Assembly: GCA_963793425.1 (NCBI GenBank)
Contig: CAWCAG010000001.1
Location: forward strand, 320,001-384,000
Reading direction: 5' to 3'
Source of the DNA: an uncultured cyanobacterium
GTDB lineage: Bacteria; Cyanobacteriota; Cyanobacteriia; Cyanobacteriales; CAWCAG01
DNA: 64,000 bases
Part shown: piece after piece, positions 61,701 through 64,000 of the stretch
Position numbering within the stretch: position 1 is the stretch's first letter
Layout of the letters: every line of letters starts with the position of its first letter
The notes under the pieces: generated by a model
Database searches by the model: none
What the model saw: only the letters and a program-made list of their open reading frames with translations
What the model was told of the DNA's origin: nothing
Program-made: the position numbers and the translations under genes

Positions 61701-62503
61701 AAGGTGAAACCGAGGTTATTCCCCATGAAACTAAACCTTTACGTATTCTTCTAGCAGAAGACAATGTAGTTAACCAAAAAGTTGCTTTACTGATGCTAGG
61801 AGAATTAGGCTACCGTGCAGACTTAGCCGGGAATGGTTTAGAAGTTTTAGAAGCTTTGCATCGCCAAAACTATGATGTGATTTTGATGGATGTGCAAATG
61901 CCAGAAATGGATGGCTTGACAGCAGCAGAACATATTTGCCTACAATGGAATCCTCACTCTCGTCCCTACATCATTGCCATGACAGCCAATGCTATGCAAG
62001 GAGATCGGGAAAGATGTCTTCGGGCCGGCATGGATAATTATATCAGCAAACCTATAAGTTTAAAGGAGTTAACGAGAGCATTAAATGAATATAAGCCAGA
62101 AATAGCAAATGACTTAAAGTCAGATTTCCCCGAACAACAGCAACAAGACTCTACTTCTGTGTTAGATTTGCACATTTTTGCTTCCTTACGTCGTATGGCA
62201 GGGGCAAAGGCAGATCAGGTGATTGCTAATCTGATTGGTAACTATCTCGAAGATGCCCCGCAATATCTCCAACGTATGAACAAAGCTTTAGAGATAGCTG
62301 ATCCCCAAGAACTTCGTCAAGCCGTCCATTCCCTGCGTTCCTCCAGCGCCAATTTGGGGGCTGCGGCACTAGCTGAACTATGCAGGGAGGTAGAAAATAT
62401 TGCCCGTTCCGATACAATTCAAGGAGTTGCGGAAAAGCTTGTTGCCATAGAAGAGGAGTATGGCAAGGTTGAGGAGGCTTTGCATGAGGAAACTGGTCAA
62501 TGA
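58778..62503 (+). CDS. Hybrid histidine kinase: DUF3365-type haem-c sensor, HAMP, PAS, GAF-like, HisKA, HATPase, 2xREC, HPt
   Basis: YKEATLNPTN, CLQCH, GFGWKLGEIVAAQ; FVHPQD; MSHEIRTPMN; LAEDNVVNQ; HSLRSSS. Confidence 0.92.
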   Translation: MIGKLKLGTKFTVLLLLIFLGGMVLSSVALSGAMQSRAENEVVAKAEILMQTMSSVRNYTSNNIKYLLDKHLNWSSEFAPETVPAYSAREVFEDFRHQPEYKNFLYKEATLNPTNLRDQADEFETQLIEQFKQDPITKEIKGYRQGLAEKYFFIARRVSVEQESCLQCHSLPQLAPEHMLKTYGNEHGFGWKLGEIVAAQTIYVPASQVFAQGSRYLILVISIFTSIFALAILFINLLLNRTVVKPLKQLTRIAQKATNQESEPTDLLQNLAILGDEPGQLAKAFQDMKQEVSAREQRLKQAQAALQGSEEYFRSLIEQASDIIAILNSDRTIRYVSPAIQTALGYKAEAVIERDILDFVHPQDDRRIKIFFRLIKHRRDISAPVELRIKHQNGSWQTIEAIGHNRLDDSIVGGFVVNARNITARKLTEKQLQRSEASIRLLHEVTTKQELNFEQRLQQLLIMGCQQFGLEVGILSVIEEDHHLVAALQTPEAFAPIIKLGSAFSLVAKSDDKAPQKLSFNNTNLFLQAYMTTQVFIEEEPYGNLSFASLTQHNASFNSSDEELLNLMGQWLGSELQHQHSEFKLAQARDEALAANRSKSEFLAIMSHEIRTPMNAVIGMTGLLFHTALTPQQQDFVETIRSSGNALLTLINDILDFSKIEAGRLEMEEQPFSLRSCLEEALDLVASEAAAKGLELAYLIDSHTPKTIIGDVTRVRQVLVNLLGNAVKFTKAGEIVVSVGSKAQNDNTYEIQFSVKDTGIGIPQERMNRLFQSFSQVDSSTTRKYGGTGLGLAISKLLSEMMGGTMWAQSQVGFGSTFHFTIAAQASWELTERESSQLYQLTGKQILIIDQNLTNQQILTRQTQSWGVVSQGVESGTQALDWLCQGQECDLTIVDIEILQEEGFDLVKAIRQQSGQENLPFAILTPEHSPELKEQIEELALVTVLKKPVQPSQLYNLLITIFAEKPIRLQQGFIKGETEVIPHETKPLRILLAEDNVVNQKVALLMLGELGYRADLAGNGLEVLEALHRQNYDVILMDVQMPEMDGLTAAEHICLQWNPHSRPYIIAMTANAMQGDRERCLRAGMDNYISKPISLKELTRALNEYKPEIANDLKSDFPEQQQQDSTSVLDLHIFASLRRMAGAKADQVIANLIGNYLEDAPQYLQRMNKALEIADPQELRQAVHSLRSSSANLGAAALAELCREVENIARSDTIQGVAEKLVAIEEEYGKVEEALHEETGQ

Positions 62504-62614
62504 TGTCTACGACAACGGCAAGCCGAACAATAATGATTCAGTATAGCTCCCCAGTATGAGAATTGCTATTAAGATATAAACTTGATGTTAAATCCAATAA
62601 TTATCTTTTGCCCT

Positions 62615-63169
62615 ATGGTTCGCCGCAGCTTTCTTAGTGCCATTCTTGCCAGTTTCTTTGTCTTCTGTAATTTCTTTGTCTTAACGCCTCCTGCCGAGGC
62701 TTTAGGGGGGAAACAACCACTTCTTAACGAACCTGCCCCAGAATTCACTTTACCGACAAATACAGGAGATGGAGAAATTTCCCTCTCTGACTATCGCGGC
62801 AAATGGGTTGTCCTTTATTTTTATCCTAAAGACTTTACCGCAGGCTGTACCTTAGAAGCGCGACGCTTTCAAGAAGATTTAGCAGAATATATTAAAAGGG
62901 ATACTCAAATTCTGGGGGTAAGTGCTGATGATATCGACTCCCATGCTGAATTTTGCGACTCTGAAGGGTTGAAATTCCCTCTTTTAGCAGATACAGATGG
63001 TTCAGTTAGTAAAGCTTATGGTTCTTGGATGGGTTTTGTATCCCTGCGTCATACTTACTTAATTGATCCTCAAGGTATTTTACAGCAAACCTATCTCGGA
63101 GTCAGACCGGTTATTCATAGCAAAGAAGTTTTAGCCCGCCTTGATGAATTGCGTGGAGAATCTTCTTGA
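62615..63169 (+). CDS. Peroxiredoxin Q / BCP family with N-terminal signal peptide
   Basis: VVLYFYPKDFTAGCTLEA, GVSAD, FPLLAD. Confidence 0.93.
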   Translation: MVRRSFLSAILASFFVFCNFFVLTPPAEALGGKQPLLNEPAPEFTLPTNTGDGEISLSDYRGKWVVLYFYPKDFTAGCTLEARRFQEDLAEYIKRDTQILGVSADDIDSHAEFCDSEGLKFPLLADTDGSVSKAYGSWMGFVSLRHTYLIDPQGILQQTYLGVRPVIHSKEVLARLDELRGESS

Positions 63170-63229
63170 ATTAATGGGCAATGTTTCAGGAAATAGGATA
63201 ATCTATCGAGGTCTAATCTTAAGAAGTAT

Positions 63230-64000
63230 ATGAGTGCGTCAGAAAACTATCGCCTTGAGAAAGATTCTATGGGAGAACGCCAAATTCCCCAAGAAGCTTA
63301 TTATGGCATCCAAACTTTACGGGCTAAAGAAAATTTCCCGATTAGCGGTATTAAACCCTTACCTACCTACGTTGATGCTTGCGTACTAATTAAAAAAGCT
63401 ACGGCGATCGCTAACGGAGAGTTGAAGTGTATACCCGCTGATATTAGTCAAGCTATTGTCCAAGCGGCAGATGAAGTATTAAAAGGTCAGTTTCGGGAAC
63501 AGTTTATTGTTGATGTTTATCAAGCTGGTGCAGGTACTTCTCACCATATGAACATCAACGAAGTCTTGGCTAACCGTGCTTTGGAAATATTAGGGGAGGA
63601 GAAAGGGAATTACCAAAGAGTTAGCCCCAATGATCATGTTAATTATGGTCAGTCTACCAATGATGTTATTCCTACTGCTATTCGTATTGGTTCCCTATTA
63701 GCTTTGGAACATTCCCTCTATCCTGCCTTAGAAAGTGCGATCGCCACTTTAGAAGCTAAAGCTGAAGAGTTCCAAGAAATTGTCAAATCAGGCAGGACTC
63801 ATTTGCAAGATGCTGTACCAGTGCGTTTAGGGGAAGGATTCCGGGCCTGGTTTCATATTCTTAGGGATCATCAAAAACGCATCAAGCTTGCGGCGGAAGA
63901 TTTATTTATCTTAGGTTTAGGGGGAAGTGCTGCGGGGACAGGTATGAATACCCATCCTCAATATCGCTTTCGGGTAGCAGAAATCCTCACAGAATTAACC
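63230..64000 (+). CDS. aspA: Aspartate ammonia-lyase (runs off window end; not in the ORF track)
   Basis: Translated by hand: MSASENYRLEKDSMGE...YYGIQTLRA...QAGAGTSHHMN...HVNYGQSTNDVIPT...KSGRTHLQDAVP. Confidence 0.92.
   Translation, partial: MSASENYRLEKDSMGERQIPQEAYYGIQTLRAKENFPISGIKPLPTYVDACVLIKKATAIANGELKCIPADISQAIVQAADEVLKGQFREQFIVDVYQAGAGTSHHMNINEVLANRALEILGEEKGNYQRVSPNDHVNYGQSTNDVIPTAIRIGSLLALEHSLYPALESAIATLEAKAEEFQEIVKSGRTHLQDAVPVRLGEGFRAWFHILRDHQKRIKLAAEDLFILGLGGSAAGTGMNTHPQYRFRVAEILTELT

Larger units (their letters stand above)
597..63744. repeat. Dispersed HIP1 octamer GCGATCGC (about 25 copies counted by eye)
   Basis: For example at 597, 3693, 4331, 23761, 38991, 41931 and 63737. 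Confidence 0.9.

Noticed and set aside
286..62417. Numerous 60-175-aa antisense or overlapping ORFs in the track (e.g. 16900-17313, 29229-29603, 50230-50757, 60670-61017)
   Set aside because: They are shadows of well-supported genes on the other strand or frame, with no recognisable motifs.
1..64000. tRNA, rRNA, integrase or IS transposase genes
   Set aside because: None recognised by eye; tRNAscan-SE and ISfinder would be needed to exclude degenerate copies.

Overview
Cyanobacterial chromosomal DNA: about 25 HIP1 GCGATCGC sites, a split dnaE-N intein, sufR/sufBCDS, heptamer STRR arrays and three PEP-CTERM proteins. Housekeeping genes (suf operon, crtE, ROK kinase, dnaE-N, pgk, asnS, PrxQ, aspA) alternate with accessory and decaying genes. 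Two candidate undescribed systems stand out. (1) At 36190-39160 (-), a small helical Bell/HeLo-like protein ends in a RHIM-like motif (SNVQLGDKN). It is separated by a single in-frame UGA-C and a GC hairpin from an NB-ARC/TPR NLR-like frame that has no start codon of its own, which suggests one locus making both effector and receptor by stop read-through. The TPR array also carries five single-base indels. (2) At 39414-55504 (-), a DUF11/CnaB-like cluster encodes large secreted proteins whose N-terminal hairpin is the piece missing from their own C-terminal DUF11 domain, splitting the isopeptide Lys/acid and Asn between the two ends. It also encodes an acceptor-only small protein, an adaptor and an outer-membrane beta-barrel, consistent with a donor-strand, possibly covalently polymerised pilus. 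No rRNA, tRNA, CRISPR array or transposase was recognised. All product calls come from motif recognition by eye; no searches were run.
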